A DNA stretch of 64,000 nucleotides from Candidatus Latescibacterota bacterium. Its GTDB lineage: Bacteria > Latescibacterota > UBA2968 > SICM01. The stretch lies in assembly GCA_965217865.1 (NCBI GenBank), contig CBDCJO010000002.1, positions 5,216,001 through 5,280,000 of the forward strand. The letters are read 5' to 3'. A program made the position numbers and the translations under genes. The notes beneath the pieces were generated by a model. It was not told the origin of the DNA and made no database searches. It saw only the letters and a program-made list of their open reading frames with translations. Position 1 is the stretch's first letter. The number at the start of each line of letters is the position of its first letter. Shown here piece after piece: positions 30,373 through 39,907 of this stretch.

Positions 30373-31161
30373 TCAGGCATCCTTCACCCGCTGATAACGC
30401 AGGACGTGCCTGGCGTGGTCGGACAGGCTTTCCCAGAGGTCACGTGGGAAGTGCTTCTCGGTGTAATCGTGCAGCCAGCGGCTGAATACCCAGGATTTGG
30501 AGAAGGCCATGCAAAGTTCGTCCCGGGGGTGGTGCGAACGGTTGGGTGTGCCCCGGTGGTAGGCCCTGGGGTCAACAATCCAGATGGATCCTTTTTTGAG
30601 GTTGAGCCGGGTTGGGTAGTAATGCCCTACCCGGTTCGAGCCTTCGCCAAAGACGTTGTCCAGGTTGGTGTGGAGGTTTTCGTCAACGATGTGGTGAGTC
30701 CCGGGCAGGACTTCGATGCTGCCGTTTTCTTCGCAGGTGTCCATCAGGGGGAATTTGGCGGCGACCTGGAAGGGGGGGGTGACAATGCCCGGAAAGAGGG
30801 CGTGAGCCCCGTCCCGGTGCCATTTCTGATAGTCCGTCCCGGGAAGGGGGATGTTTGAGTCGAAATGGGACCAGTAATAGTCCGGTCCCAGGATGCGCTC
30901 GATGAATTCAGCCAGGGCCGGGTGTTCGAAGATTTCCGGATCGACAAAGGGCTTTTGAAAGGGCACTCGGACGTTGTATCGACCCCATCCACGGGGGGGA
31001 TTCTCTCCCTGTCGCTCGATGTCTTGGTTCCGGATGGGCCGCCAGGCTTCGAGGATCCGGTCGATTTTTTCGTGGGGGATGAGGTCTTCGAAAACGACAA
31101 AGCCGTTGATACGAAATTCTTCCATCATCTGGTCGAGGTCATACTTCGTCCCTGTGTCCAA
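30373..31161 (-). CDS. PhyH-family Fe/2-oxoglutarate dioxygenase
   Basis: NGFVVF, QKWHRD, ENGSIEVLPGTH, YHRGTPN. Confidence 0.88.
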   Translation of the reverse strand: MDTGTKYDLDQMMEEFRINGFVVFEDLIPHEKIDRILEAWRPIRNQDIERQGENPPRGWGRYNVRVPFQKPFVDPEIFEHPALAEFIERILGPDYYWSHFDSNIPLPGTDYQKWHRDGAHALFPGIVTPPFQVAAKFPLMDTCEENGSIEVLPGTHHIVDENLHTNLDNVFGEGSNRVGHYYPTRLNLKKGSIWIVDPRAYHRGTPNRSHHPRDELCMAFSKSWVFSRWLHDYTEKHFPRDLWESLSDHARHVLRYQRVKDA

Positions 31162-31235
31162 TTGGGGCTCCTTGCTGTCTCTGTAGCCGGGGTTCGGAAA
31201 GAAGAGCCGTCAAACGCTGGATGGGTGTTATCCGA

Positions 31236-31516
31236 CCCCCAACTTCATTGAAAATTGAATATCGGAGAATTGAATATTTGAACAATTCACGAATTTCCTT
31301 GGGGTAACTGATTTTCGATCTTCAGTTATCTTCAATCGTCGATCTTCAATTTCTCTGGCCTCCGACCTCCGACCCCTCGCCTCGCAAAGGCTCGCCACCC
31401 CTCCTCAACTTCATTGAATATTGAATATCGGAGAATTGAATATTTGCACAATTCACGAATTTCCTGGGGGTAACTGGTTTTCAATCTTCAATTTTCAATC
31501 GTTCGATCTTCAATTC
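31236..31516 (+). repeat. Two tandem copies of the TTGAATA heptamer element
   Basis: CAACTTCATTGAA(A/T)ATTGAATATCGGAGAATTGAATATTTG...GGGGTAACTG...CGATCTTCAATT occurs twice. Confidence 0.8.
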
Positions 31517-31534
31517 CCCCGACCCGCTCCCACA

Positions 31535-34225
31535 CTACACGTCGTGCACCTCGATAACGCCCAGACTCCTTTCGGGTTTAAAAGGGTCCGGTCTTGACGC
31601 CTTTTTCTCCCGTCCCTTTCCCACCAGTGACTTGAGCCGCTCCACCGCATCCTCAAAGGCCTTGGGGTCTTTCTCCATCGCTCGGTCAACCGTGGTCTTG
31701 AGCACGGCGATGTAACCGTTGCGAAGACCGGAGAACGAAAACCCTGTTGCCACCACTTCGCCCGATGTTGAGAAAGCATGTGGCTTCAGGTCAACAATGC
31801 GTCTGGAGGTCTCTTTATAACTTTCAAGGCACGAATTGCAGAACGCGGCGTAAATCGGATCTCCCGTCATCTCATACGCCATCGCGCACGCCGTCGCCCC
31901 CGGATGACCGGTTTTGTCAAGTGCAATGGCATTGTCCGCGTCCGCCATAACCGTATCGCGAAGCAGGGGGCTCTCAAAAAGCCGGAGCCCCTCGTAATAA
32001 GTGGGATAGAGCGTGCCCTGGTAATTGTGCGGCTGATGCTCGCCTTCCAGCACAGCCTCATCCCCCCGGTCGCCCCTCGTGTAGACACTCACAGGAAAGG
32101 ATCCCGGTTTGTCCTGGGTGCGCAGATACCAGTTCAGGCTTCTTCTGGCCAGATCCCCGTACTTTCTCCCCCACGTATTCAGGTAAGCCTCGATCACACA
32201 GAGCAATGGCCCGGTGAACTCGCGGTTCAGGGTTCCGGTCGGGTTGGAGTATATACCCGCATCCTCCTGGATCCGAACCGCTCGATCCGCAGGTTCGAGC
32301 GCGATCTCCCGCAGGCGCCGCTCACCGGTAAAATAATAGTGCATAAAAAGGGCGGTGTTCACGGTATGGGACGGACTGTAGCCCCCGGTCCATTGATGGG
32401 CATTGTGGTAGTGCACAAGGCCTACCGCATCCGGTCGGCCGGGATTGGCGTGACAGATCCCCACTTCCCCCATCGCCCGGCTGTGCCCGCAGGCCGCCAG
32501 GAAAAACCGCCTGTTCCCCGTCCTCAAAAACTGCGTCCACAATCCCCAGCAGGGGTCGTCCGCCTCGTTGTTATAAGGCCCCACAAACCGTTTCATGGCC
32601 TCAACCAGATCGGCCCTGTCGTAATGGGCAAGGTAGGTCAGAGGCGCCCCGGTGGCATGAGAGCAGCACATATTCCCGAAGCGCCAGAACCCCCACAGAC
32701 GGGCCCGTTCCATCGGCTCAATAGCGACGCGCTCGGTGATGCCGTCAAGGAGGGCATCCAGCTCCTCGAATCTCGGGTCCTGTCCCCCGTGCACATCGCG
32801 AGTGGCACGGGTCCGCCCCATGTACGCAGGATCGGCCGGCGCCATCACAGGCTCCTGAACGCAGATCCCCAGCCCCTCGGCCTCCTCGTCCGAAATGGGC
32901 TCCGAGCTGAAACGAATCAAAACCTCATGCGTCTTGCCCGCCCCAGTCCCGTCACTGGTGCCCGTGTCGTTGAACGATGCCGTACGATTTGGTGCGTATT
33001 TCTCCACCATCTCTTTGACCCAGAGCGCGTCCTGGGGCGTCTTGGGACCGATGCTCTTGAGATTGAGCGGAGCAGTAGGGTACTTGCCCAGGAGCAGCTT
33101 GAACGCGGCCTCGTCCCGATCGCTCGCTAGCGTAGCCGGATCTCCTCTCCATCCGTTGAAGAAGACCATATCCTCCTTCCAAGGCGTATGGAACGCCATC
33201 GGCTCGCCATACGATGCGGGCCAGAACTGAACGTTGATCCCCTCGCGCGTCAGCTCGTACCCCTTGGGATATTGCTGCCAGAAATCGCGAATCGCCACAA
33301 AGGCGCTGGCCTCACTCCCGCAAAGACTCGCCCATCCACGCGTCTTCTCCCCCTTACCAAACGGCTCATTGTCACGCGTCACCTCATACGCGATATCCGA
33401 CGATTGCAAATATTCCGCCCGCTCCCACCGCACCGCCCAGTGCGCCTTCTCCTCACCGCCGTACGCCATCCGCAGCTCATCTCCCAGATCCAGAGGGAAA
33501 TACATCCCAACCTCCGAAAACTCGAGCACGTCAGGATTCTGATCGAACACAAACGTATGGAACATCCGCAAATCCCTGCTCCCCGCATACGCATGGATGC
33601 GAACCGTATACGGACAAAGACAGATACCATCCGGTGTCGCATGATACCCCTTGATGCATACGGATGCCCGAACAGGACCCCAATCCTCCACCACCACTCT
33701 CGGATCAGGTGCAGCCGTCACGGAATCATACACCTCTCCGGATCTATTCCTCATATACAGATACGGACCGGGATTTCCACGGAGCACATCTTGCCAGCCA
33801 TCCTCGGTCCGCAATTCGCAGCGCGCAAGAAAATCCGGAGAGCCCTTTCTGACATTCAGTCGCAAGGCTCCTGTGTCGATCGTGACACCCTCCCCCGAAT
33901 CCTCGACACGCACTTCCTGCACGGGTTCCGGTGATTCTATACCCTCCCCGTACTCCAGATAGACTTCCCTTGTCTCATCGACCCCCAGATCCGCCTGGAA
34001 ATCCACCAGCAGCCATTTTACGTACTTCAGATCCCGGTTCCATGTGGCCAGACACGTGGTTTGCGTGGGGAGGGCCTTTCCATCGGGGCTAACTGCGCGG
34101 ACCGGCGTCCCGCGTTCGAGATCTCCGTCCGCGAACGGCACCCCCTGCGTGATCGGCCAGGCCTTTCGATCGACCCCGCCCGGGTTCTCGATGGTCAGCT
34201 TAATTCTCTTGGCCTTCTCTAACAT
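31535..34225 (-). CDS. Large hypothetical protein, YetA/exo-rhamnogalacturonan-lyase-like architecture
   Basis: WPITQGVPFADGDL, GPVRASV, RDFWQQYPK and an (alpha/alpha) C-terminus; family assignment tentative. Confidence 0.6.
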   Translation of the reverse strand: MLEKAKRIKLTIENPGGVDRKAWPITQGVPFADGDLERGTPVRAVSPDGKALPTQTTCLATWNRDLKYVKWLLVDFQADLGVDETREVYLEYGEGIESPEPVQEVRVEDSGEGVTIDTGALRLNVRKGSPDFLARCELRTEDGWQDVLRGNPGPYLYMRNRSGEVYDSVTAAPDPRVVVEDWGPVRASVCIKGYHATPDGICLCPYTVRIHAYAGSRDLRMFHTFVFDQNPDVLEFSEVGMYFPLDLGDELRMAYGGEEKAHWAVRWERAEYLQSSDIAYEVTRDNEPFGKGEKTRGWASLCGSEASAFVAIRDFWQQYPKGYELTREGINVQFWPASYGEPMAFHTPWKEDMVFFNGWRGDPATLASDRDEAAFKLLLGKYPTAPLNLKSIGPKTPQDALWVKEMVEKYAPNRTASFNDTGTSDGTGAGKTHEVLIRFSSEPISDEEAEGLGICVQEPVMAPADPAYMGRTRATRDVHGGQDPRFEELDALLDGITERVAIEPMERARLWGFWRFGNMCCSHATGAPLTYLAHYDRADLVEAMKRFVGPYNNEADDPCWGLWTQFLRTGNRRFFLAACGHSRAMGEVGICHANPGRPDAVGLVHYHNAHQWTGGYSPSHTVNTALFMHYYFTGERRLREIALEPADRAVRIQEDAGIYSNPTGTLNREFTGPLLCVIEAYLNTWGRKYGDLARRSLNWYLRTQDKPGSFPVSVYTRGDRGDEAVLEGEHQPHNYQGTLYPTYYEGLRLFESPLLRDTVMADADNAIALDKTGHPGATACAMAYEMTGDPIYAAFCNSCLESYKETSRRIVDLKPHAFSTSGEVVATGFSFSGLRNGYIAVLKTTVDRAMEKDPKAFEDAVERLKSLVGKGREKKASRPDPFKPERSLGVIEVHDV

Positions 34226-34255
34226 GACATGTCCCTTTCTTGCACCTGACAGGTC

Positions 34256-34294
34256 TTAGCCGATCGGTCACAGGTTCGAGTCAATCTGCTACCA
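34256..34294 (+). repeat. tRNA-Asn-like 3'-half relic
   Basis: TTAGCCGATCGGTCACAGGTTCGAGTC...CTACCA; no 5' half present. Confidence 0.5.
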
Positions 34295-34693
34295 ATGGGC
34301 GAACTTGGGGAGGGGTTTGGGGATTAGGTCCGCATTTTCCATTTCCTTTTTACACATCACAACTGGGTGTTACTAAAGTCTACCTGTAATCTCAGTACCT
34401 GAATCATATCATCGGTTTTTGGGCGCGACTCTGTCCCTCCTTTTTAACGTTCCACCAGGGCCCGGTTAAGCCACGATCCCTCTCGGAACCACACAAAATT
34501 CTGCTTGTCATTTAAATTCCGGCTTAGGCGCGGCCAGCCTCCGCGGCGTTTGAGCAGAGCATGTCCTGAGCGGAGCGGTGCGCCAGCACCGCGTAGTCGA
34601 AGGATCTTTCTTTTTGACACTTTTTCTTGTGACGAGCAAGAAAAAGTGTGAACTTGGGGAGGAATTTGGGGGTTCGAATTTTCTATTTCCCTT

Positions 34694-36667
34694 TTATATC
34701 TCCTTCCCGAACGCCCCTGCGAAGAGGAAGAAGTCGTCAAAATCGATCTTGTTGTTGCCGTCCAGGTCGAAACGGGCGTTATCACCCGTCGGCTCCTGAC
34801 CGAATGCGGCGGCAAACAGGAAGAAATCCTCCAGATCCACTTTGCCGGTCCCGTCGAAATCGGGAGATGTCCCGGCTGCATAAGCGACTCCGGACAGGCG
34901 AACAATCGTGGGATCCCCCGCGTTGTGATCGATCAGGAGGCTGGCCGACTTGGTCCCCGGAGAAGTCGGAGAAAATATCACGGTTATCGTCTCGGACGCT
35001 CCCGATGCGATCGTGGCCGCGGTGGGGGAGACCTCGAACTCAGAGGCGTGCGTCCCTTCCAAAATGATCCCCGAGATGGAGAGGTCCTCGGTGCCCGGGT
35101 TCGTGATCGTGAAAGATCCCTGAACGGGGTTCTCTCCGACCTTGATGGTCTCCAACGCCAGGGTGGTAACCGACAGGCCGATCTCCGGACCGTCCTCCAC
35201 GGCGAACCCGGTCACATCGATCCCTTTGTCCCCCGCATCGGATTCCACAAACAGGGTGGCTGGCCGGGCCCCTTCTCTGGTGGGGTTAAAAATCACTGTG
35301 ATCGTCTCGATGCCCCCGGGGTCGATCGTGGGCAGTGTCTCCTGTCCCTGGTAATCCCTTCTTCCCGCACCGCTGAACGTGAACCGGGTGAGGGTCAGGG
35401 GCTCGGTCCCGATGTTCTGGACCTCCAGGGTTTGCATAGAACTTCCCCCGACACCCGTCGTGTCGAACGTCAGGGATGTGACGGTCAGCGCGAGGATCCC
35501 GCCCGGACCAATGCGGCGGACGCGGTGATTTTGATTGTCGGAGAAGTAGACGTTTATGCCGTCGGCATCCACGGCCACGCCGTGGGGCGTGTTCAGCTCG
35601 GCCTGGTTCGCCGGACCTCCGTCCCCCGAATATCCCCCTAAGATATTGCCATCCGGATCTTTCTCGAATCTTGAACCCGCAAGCGTATCGATGATCCTGC
35701 TTTCGTTTACAACTCGGATGCGGTGATTGCGGGAGTCGGCGATGTAGATATTTCCTATGGAATCAAGTGCCACCCCGGTCGACCACCACAGGGCGGCATC
35801 CGTCGCCGGAACCCCGGTCCTGAGTAGCGCCCTGTCTCCCCGTCCGCCGGCAAATGTCGTGATGATCCCGGTGACGTCCATATGGCGGATGCGGTCATTT
35901 CTCGTATCCGCGATGTAGATGTCCGTCACGTCTATGGCGATGTCAGTCGGGTAGTTCAGCCTGGCCTCTGTAGCCGGTCCCCCGTCCCCGTCGAAACCTT
36001 CCTCGCCCGTAGCAGCGATGGTCGTGATGACCCCCGAGAAGGCGTTCACTTTGCGAACGCGGTGGTTATTCCGTTCGCAGATGTACACGTTCCCCGTTCT
36101 ATCCACGGCCACGCCGAAGGGTCGGTTAAAAGCCGCAAAGGTCGTAATGATCCCGTCCAGGTCCACAACGCGGATCTTATTATTAGTGGTGTCGGCTATA
36201 TATATGTTCCCCTTTGAATCCACGGCCACATCGCGCGGATTGTTAAAGCTGGCTTCCGTAGCGAGTCCCCCGTCCCCTGAGGAACCTCTCTCGCCCGTAC
36301 CCGCGATGGTCGTGATGATCCCGTCGAGGCCTACGTGGCGGATGACGTGATTTCCTGTGTCGGCGATGTAGATGCCCCCCTTTTCATCAATGGCAATGCC
36401 TTCGGGTGCCATTAACTTGGCCTCGTCTGCGGGACCTCCGTCCCCTGTAAATCCGCCTGTCACCGATCCTGCAAAGGTCGTGATTTTATCCGTGCCTTCG
36501 ACCGCGGCCAGATCTCCCGGATGCTGAAGGCAGAGCACAGAGACAATCGCGATGCCTATACGTAATATGACGACTCTCCTTCTAAAACCGTGGATCGTGG
36601 TTCGTGACTCGGAAAGGGCCGTGGATCGTGACCCGTGACTCGGAAACCCCAAAAACCCCCTTGACAA
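34694..36667 (-). CDS. Secreted NHL-repeat protein with two ASH/Ig-like domains and dockerin-like tail; true start probably ~36570
   Basis: GDGGPA...IYIADT.N..IR repeats; V.N.G...L Ig domains; duplicated DFDGTGKVDLEDFFLFAAAFG / DLDGNNKIDFDDFFLFAGAFG. Confidence 0.85.
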   Translation of the reverse strand: MSRGFLGFPSHGSRSTALSESRTTIHGFRRRVVILRIGIAIVSVLCLQHPGDLAAVEGTDKITTFAGSVTGGFTGDGGPADEAKLMAPEGIAIDEKGGIYIADTGNHVIRHVGLDGIITTIAGTGERGSSGDGGLATEASFNNPRDVAVDSKGNIYIADTTNNKIRVVDLDGIITTFAAFNRPFGVAVDRTGNVYICERNNHRVRKVNAFSGVITTIAATGEEGFDGDGGPATEARLNYPTDIAIDVTDIYIADTRNDRIRHMDVTGIITTFAGGRGDRALLRTGVPATDAALWWSTGVALDSIGNIYIADSRNHRIRVVNESRIIDTLAGSRFEKDPDGNILGGYSGDGGPANQAELNTPHGVAVDADGINVYFSDNQNHRVRRIGPGGILALTVTSLTFDTTGVGGSSMQTLEVQNIGTEPLTLTRFTFSGAGRRDYQGQETLPTIDPGGIETITVIFNPTREGARPATLFVESDAGDKGIDVTGFAVEDGPEIGLSVTTLALETIKVGENPVQGSFTITNPGTEDLSISGIILEGTHASEFEVSPTAATIASGASETITVIFSPTSPGTKSASLLIDHNAGDPTIVRLSGVAYAAGTSPDFDGTGKVDLEDFFLFAAAFGQEPTGDNARFDLDGNNKIDFDDFFLFAGAFGKEI

Positions 36668-36689
36668 TTCATGAAAGTATTTGGACTTG

Positions 36690-37279
36690 GATACCCCTTC
36701 CTTTGGAAGGGGAGGAAAAGTTTAGCTTGCCGAAGGCAAGCTAAAAGGCTGTCTTATCGTGTGCAGACCACTGAGACTCATATCGACTCAGGAGGCATAC
36801 GATGGGACTCCGACGGACCAGTCACGCAGTCTATGATAGCCAGTATCATCTGGTATGGGCACCGAAGTATCGGAAATGGATTTTGCGAGGTGACCTTCGA
36901 GAGTATGTGGGCAAGCTGTTTCATCGGATAGCAGAGGATTTTGGTTTTGACATCCAAGAGATGGAAGTGGCCGAAGATCATGTGCATATTTTCTTGTCGT
37001 TTCCTCCCCGGTATTCGATTTCTAAGGTAGTGGGCATTTTGAAGAGTATTTCGGGCAGCGGGGTCTTCCGAGAACATCCAGAGGTGAAACGGGAGTTATG
37101 GGGTGGAGAATTCTGGGAAGATGGTTATTTTGCCCGCACCGTAGGCGACAAGGTGACTTCTGAAGTGATTGAGCAATATATTCGGTATCATCGTCAAGAG
37201 CAGAAAGGGCCCCTACAGTTGGATCTGTTTGGGGATGGGAGTGGTTAATGCCCCGCCCTTTGGGCGGGGTGGTTTACTC
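36690..37279 (+). mobile_element. IS200-type element (tnpA only)
   Basis: Subterminal hairpins CCCCTTCC-TTT-GGAAGGGG and CCCCGCCC-TTT-GGGCGGGG flank tnpA; no tnpB. Confidence 0.85.
36802..37248 (+). CDS. tnpA: IS200/IS605 Y1 transposase
   Basis: YHLVWAPKYR, HUH motif DHVHIF, FWEDGYF, IEQYI. Confidence 0.95.
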   Translation: MGLRRTSHAVYDSQYHLVWAPKYRKWILRGDLREYVGKLFHRIAEDFGFDIQEMEVAEDHVHIFLSFPPRYSISKVVGILKSISGSGVFREHPEVKRELWGGEFWEDGYFARTVGDKVTSEVIEQYIRYHRQEQKGPLQLDLFGDGSG

Positions 37280-37494
37280 GGTAATTCGAATCGATCATTA
37301 ACGAATCACGAATCACAACGAATTTATGGGGGGGTCCATCAGGTGTCAAGGGGAATCAGGGAGGGAGGGTCGGTATGACGACTGGCCTATCCGAACGTCC
37401 AAAGAGGTATAAGAATCGCAAGCATGATCATCATCAAAATAATCAATCCGACCAATTTCCAATTTTTTCGAATCATTATACAGTCCTGTTCTCC

Positions 37495-37884
37495 TCATGG
37501 AGGCGAAGCCAGTGAATGCTTTATCGCTGCGTTTATGATTGCCATGAGCTTATCAAATTTAAAAGGCTTTGGCGCAAATCCATTCGCGCCCAACCGACGC
37601 AGATCTTGCATCATCTTTTCGCTAAGGTGAGCCGAAACGATTATGACCGGCAATGTGCTGCTCTGTTGCCGAACGAACTCCAAAACTTTGTCTCCCTGGA
37701 TTGTGGGCATTTTTAAGTCCAGGAGGATGAGGTCGGGGGGGTTGTGGAAAATCAGGTCGACGGCTTCGGTCCACTGGGAGGTTACGAATGGTTCGAAGTT
37801 CTGTGACTTGAGATATACTTCGAGAATCTCCAGGATGCCCGGCTCATCATCGAGGACGAGAATGCGTTTAGGTTGGTTTTGCAC
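37495..37884 (-). CDS. Single-domain CheY-like response regulator
   Basis: ILVLDDE, DLILLDLKMP, VSAH, KPF; probable GTG start at 37884. Confidence 0.88.
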   Translation of the reverse strand: MQNQPKRILVLDDEPGILEILEVYLKSQNFEPFVTSQWTEAVDLIFHNPPDLILLDLKMPTIQGDKVLEFVRQQSSTLPVIIVSAHLSEKMMQDLRRLGANGFAPKPFKFDKLMAIINAAIKHSLASPP

Positions 37885-38007
37885 TTTCGGTTCCTGAGAA
37901 GACAAGGCCGGATCAGACCTTGTTCCTGTCCATCGGTTCCCTTCCGTGTCGTGCCGCAAAATCCATAACAATCAACTTTTTAAAAAGTATAAGAATAATT
38001 CCTTTCA

Positions 38008-38046
38008 CACAATCGTTAAGATATACGGTATTCAGCACTATGGACG
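38008..38046 (-). promoter_or_regulatory. Conserved 39-bp upstream motif, copy 1
   Basis: 33/39 identical, ungapped, to 44675-44713. Confidence 0.7.
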
Positions 38047-38105
38047 CAAACGAGCACTAAATTGATTACTACCTCCCGATTCCACGGGTCCGAGATGGCC
38101 CGGAT

Positions 38106-38225
38106 CTACTCGAACATAATAAAAATAATAAAGAGTGCGAGGCAGATCAGGAAGACCAGCAGAAATGGTTTGAGGCTTCTGATCCTGTGCCTCCGAGAAA
38201 TTAACGGCTTACGTTTCTGCTCCAT
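38106..38225 (-). CDS. Small 39-aa membrane protein (not in ORF track)
   Basis: MEQKRKPLISRRHRIRSLKPFLLVFLICLALFIIFIMFE*: basic N-terminus plus one TM helix. Confidence 0.55.
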   Translation of the reverse strand: MEQKRKPLISRRHRIRSLKPFLLVFLICLALFIIFIMFE

Positions 38226-38239
38226 TTTCATTCCATATT

Positions 38240-38405
38240 CTAACGTACAAAAAAATAACCGCACCTCTGGCTGGAGATGCAGCTCATCGAATGAACCCGC
38301 GGATCCGGTATCTGTAATGCTTTCATATGCCTTCCTCCATTAAGGAGGAACTATATCCCGATATATGACCACAAATAATTTACCGGGGAATTTGGGTGAT
38401 GTCAA
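38240..38405 (-). promoter_or_regulatory. Promoter, anti-SD hairpin, uORF and terminator leader
   Basis: TTGACA-17-TAAATT; TTCCTCC-ttaat-GGAGGAA; uORF 38326-38240; GCTGCATC...GTGCGGTTATTTTTTT. Confidence 0.6.
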
Positions 38406-38673
38406 TGGCAATAATAGGGGGGAATTCGAGATCATTATGTGGATGGATCGTTACACTTGTCGTATGGATTCACATAAAAACTTCTGATTATTGTGCGTCG
38501 CATAAAACTTCGGAGTGGAATGGTTCTGAATAGTGAACTTGAGTGTAAGACAAATGAGATGAGGTGGGGGTTGTAAATTATTGAAAAAAGGTCAAATACC
38601 TCGGTATGGCATTGATTATTTTATAACGAAGTGTGGGTTGTAAGGTTTGTGCATATGCGAATCTATGAGCACC

Positions 38674-38689
38674 TGGCACATTAATTGAT
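38674..38689 (+). promoter_or_regulatory. Possible sigma54 promoter
   Basis: TGGCAC-ATTAA-TTGAT (one mismatch in -12). Confidence 0.5.
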
Positions 38690-38743
38690 GTTCTTTGGTA
38701 AGGAAGGAACCCTAAATTGATTCATTAACGACTGAAGGAAACT

Positions 38744-39676
38744 ATGGTGACGAGACAAATCGTTTCTATTGCGTCAATCCTTCTGGTGGTTGCCTCAACT
38801 TCCTGGCCCCTGGAAGATCCGAACACAAAAGGGATCGAACGGTCGAACTACATGCCCGGGGGCATCGACTTCATGAGTAATCAGCGATTCAGGGCGGGGT
38901 TTTTCGTATCCAACCCAGACCTTTTATTCAGGCCCAGCTTGCGGATCGAGGTTCAAATCTCCAGGCTTCTGAATCGCGGATATTATGGACATTTCGATCC
39001 CTTCTACAATACCACCGGAGACAGCTATCTTGAACAATTTGTGACTAAGGGATTTTCGATGTCTCACACCTTGGGTATGAGCCTTTGGGCGGGTCCAACC
39101 AGTTGGACGAATAAGTTCGACCTTTACTATCTGAATACGATGACATACCGGTTTTCGCCGAAGTTTGTAGCCGTTGCACAGGTCGGAATTCAGCGCTCAC
39201 TCGTCGGCCCGCCTTCCTTCGGATCATTTGGTTCCAGGGGGCAGGAGATTGTAATGAACATAGATCTTCTCTATTCAATAAACCCCAATTGGCATATCGG
39301 TATTCATATATCCCGGGTTCTGCACAGCAGGCTTGAGCGATTCGAAGATCGATTCTATAATGGTTTTCCAGGAGACAGTCCTAACAGTGTTTCCTCGTAT
39401 GGTCTCAGAAACACCTGCCTGGCTGCTCAACCAAAAGCCCCATTTTCCCCCAGGAAAAGGCAGGCCAGAGGAGATCGATTCACACGTGACGATGTGAGAC
39501 AACTGCGGTTCACACTGAAGCATGTCCAGGCCAGCGTGAGCCGAATCACCTCAGCCGTTGAAAAGAAGGCAAAGGTTCAAAAAAGAGGAAGAGGAAGTTC
39601 ATGCTCGGTGGGGAGTGGGGGAGTCGCGCGGAAGGAAAGGCTTCCCCCGGGGGTGGCGGAACCGGATGGGTGGTAG
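38744..39676 (+). CDS. Hypothetical secreted/outer-membrane protein; C-terminus after ~39410 doubtful
   Basis: Signal peptide, amphipathic beta strands (YLNTMTYRF, IDLLYSINPNWHIGIHISR). Confidence 0.55.
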   Translation: MVTRQIVSIASILLVVASTSWPLEDPNTKGIERSNYMPGGIDFMSNQRFRAGFFVSNPDLLFRPSLRIEVQISRLLNRGYYGHFDPFYNTTGDSYLEQFVTKGFSMSHTLGMSLWAGPTSWTNKFDLYYLNTMTYRFSPKFVAVAQVGIQRSLVGPPSFGSFGSRGQEIVMNIDLLYSINPNWHIGIHISRVLHSRLERFEDRFYNGFPGDSPNSVSSYGLRNTCLAAQPKAPFSPRKRQARGDRFTRDDVRQLRFTLKHVQASVSRITSAVEKKAKVQKRGRGSSCSVGSGGVARKERLPPGVAEPDGW

Positions 39677-39907
39677 GTTGGAGGACGGCAATTCAGAATG
39701 TGTTGCGATCGGGGATTGAGCTTATTGCGGAATCTGGATCCGTATTGTAATCTTAAAACCATGAATTCGTAATTCTCAATTGAAAGTAGGTGAAGGCCCC
39801 TGCGTCTGCCATGTCCAACCGTGATGGTTAACCGGCTTAGTGCAACCATTGGGGTCCCTGCATAGACGGGGTCTCAATTTCCATTTTCCATTTTTCACTT
39901 TGCATAT

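Noticed and set aside
31236-31516. Repeat-spacer-like pattern suggesting CRISPR
   Set aside because: Only two long degenerate copies built from 7-mers; no constant repeats with unique spacers and no cas genes.
31778-33130. Long antisense ORFs (450 aa here; also 11967-12983, 48641-49612, 62829-63815)
   Set aside because: Shadow frames opposite well-supported GC-rich genes, with no motifs.
36802-37279. IS200/IS605 as a TnpB or IscB RNA-guided system
   Set aside because: The right-end hairpin follows tnpA immediately; there is no room for tnpB or iscB.
37884-37975. Multiple GGA motifs in the response-regulator leader (CsrA-like sites)
   Set aside because: Plausible, but cannot be distinguished from chance without knowing whether csrA is present.
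39410-39690. G-rich, possibly structured segment (intron or ncRNA)
   Set aside because: No group II intron or known RNA motifs recognised; it may be a gene tail or a junction.
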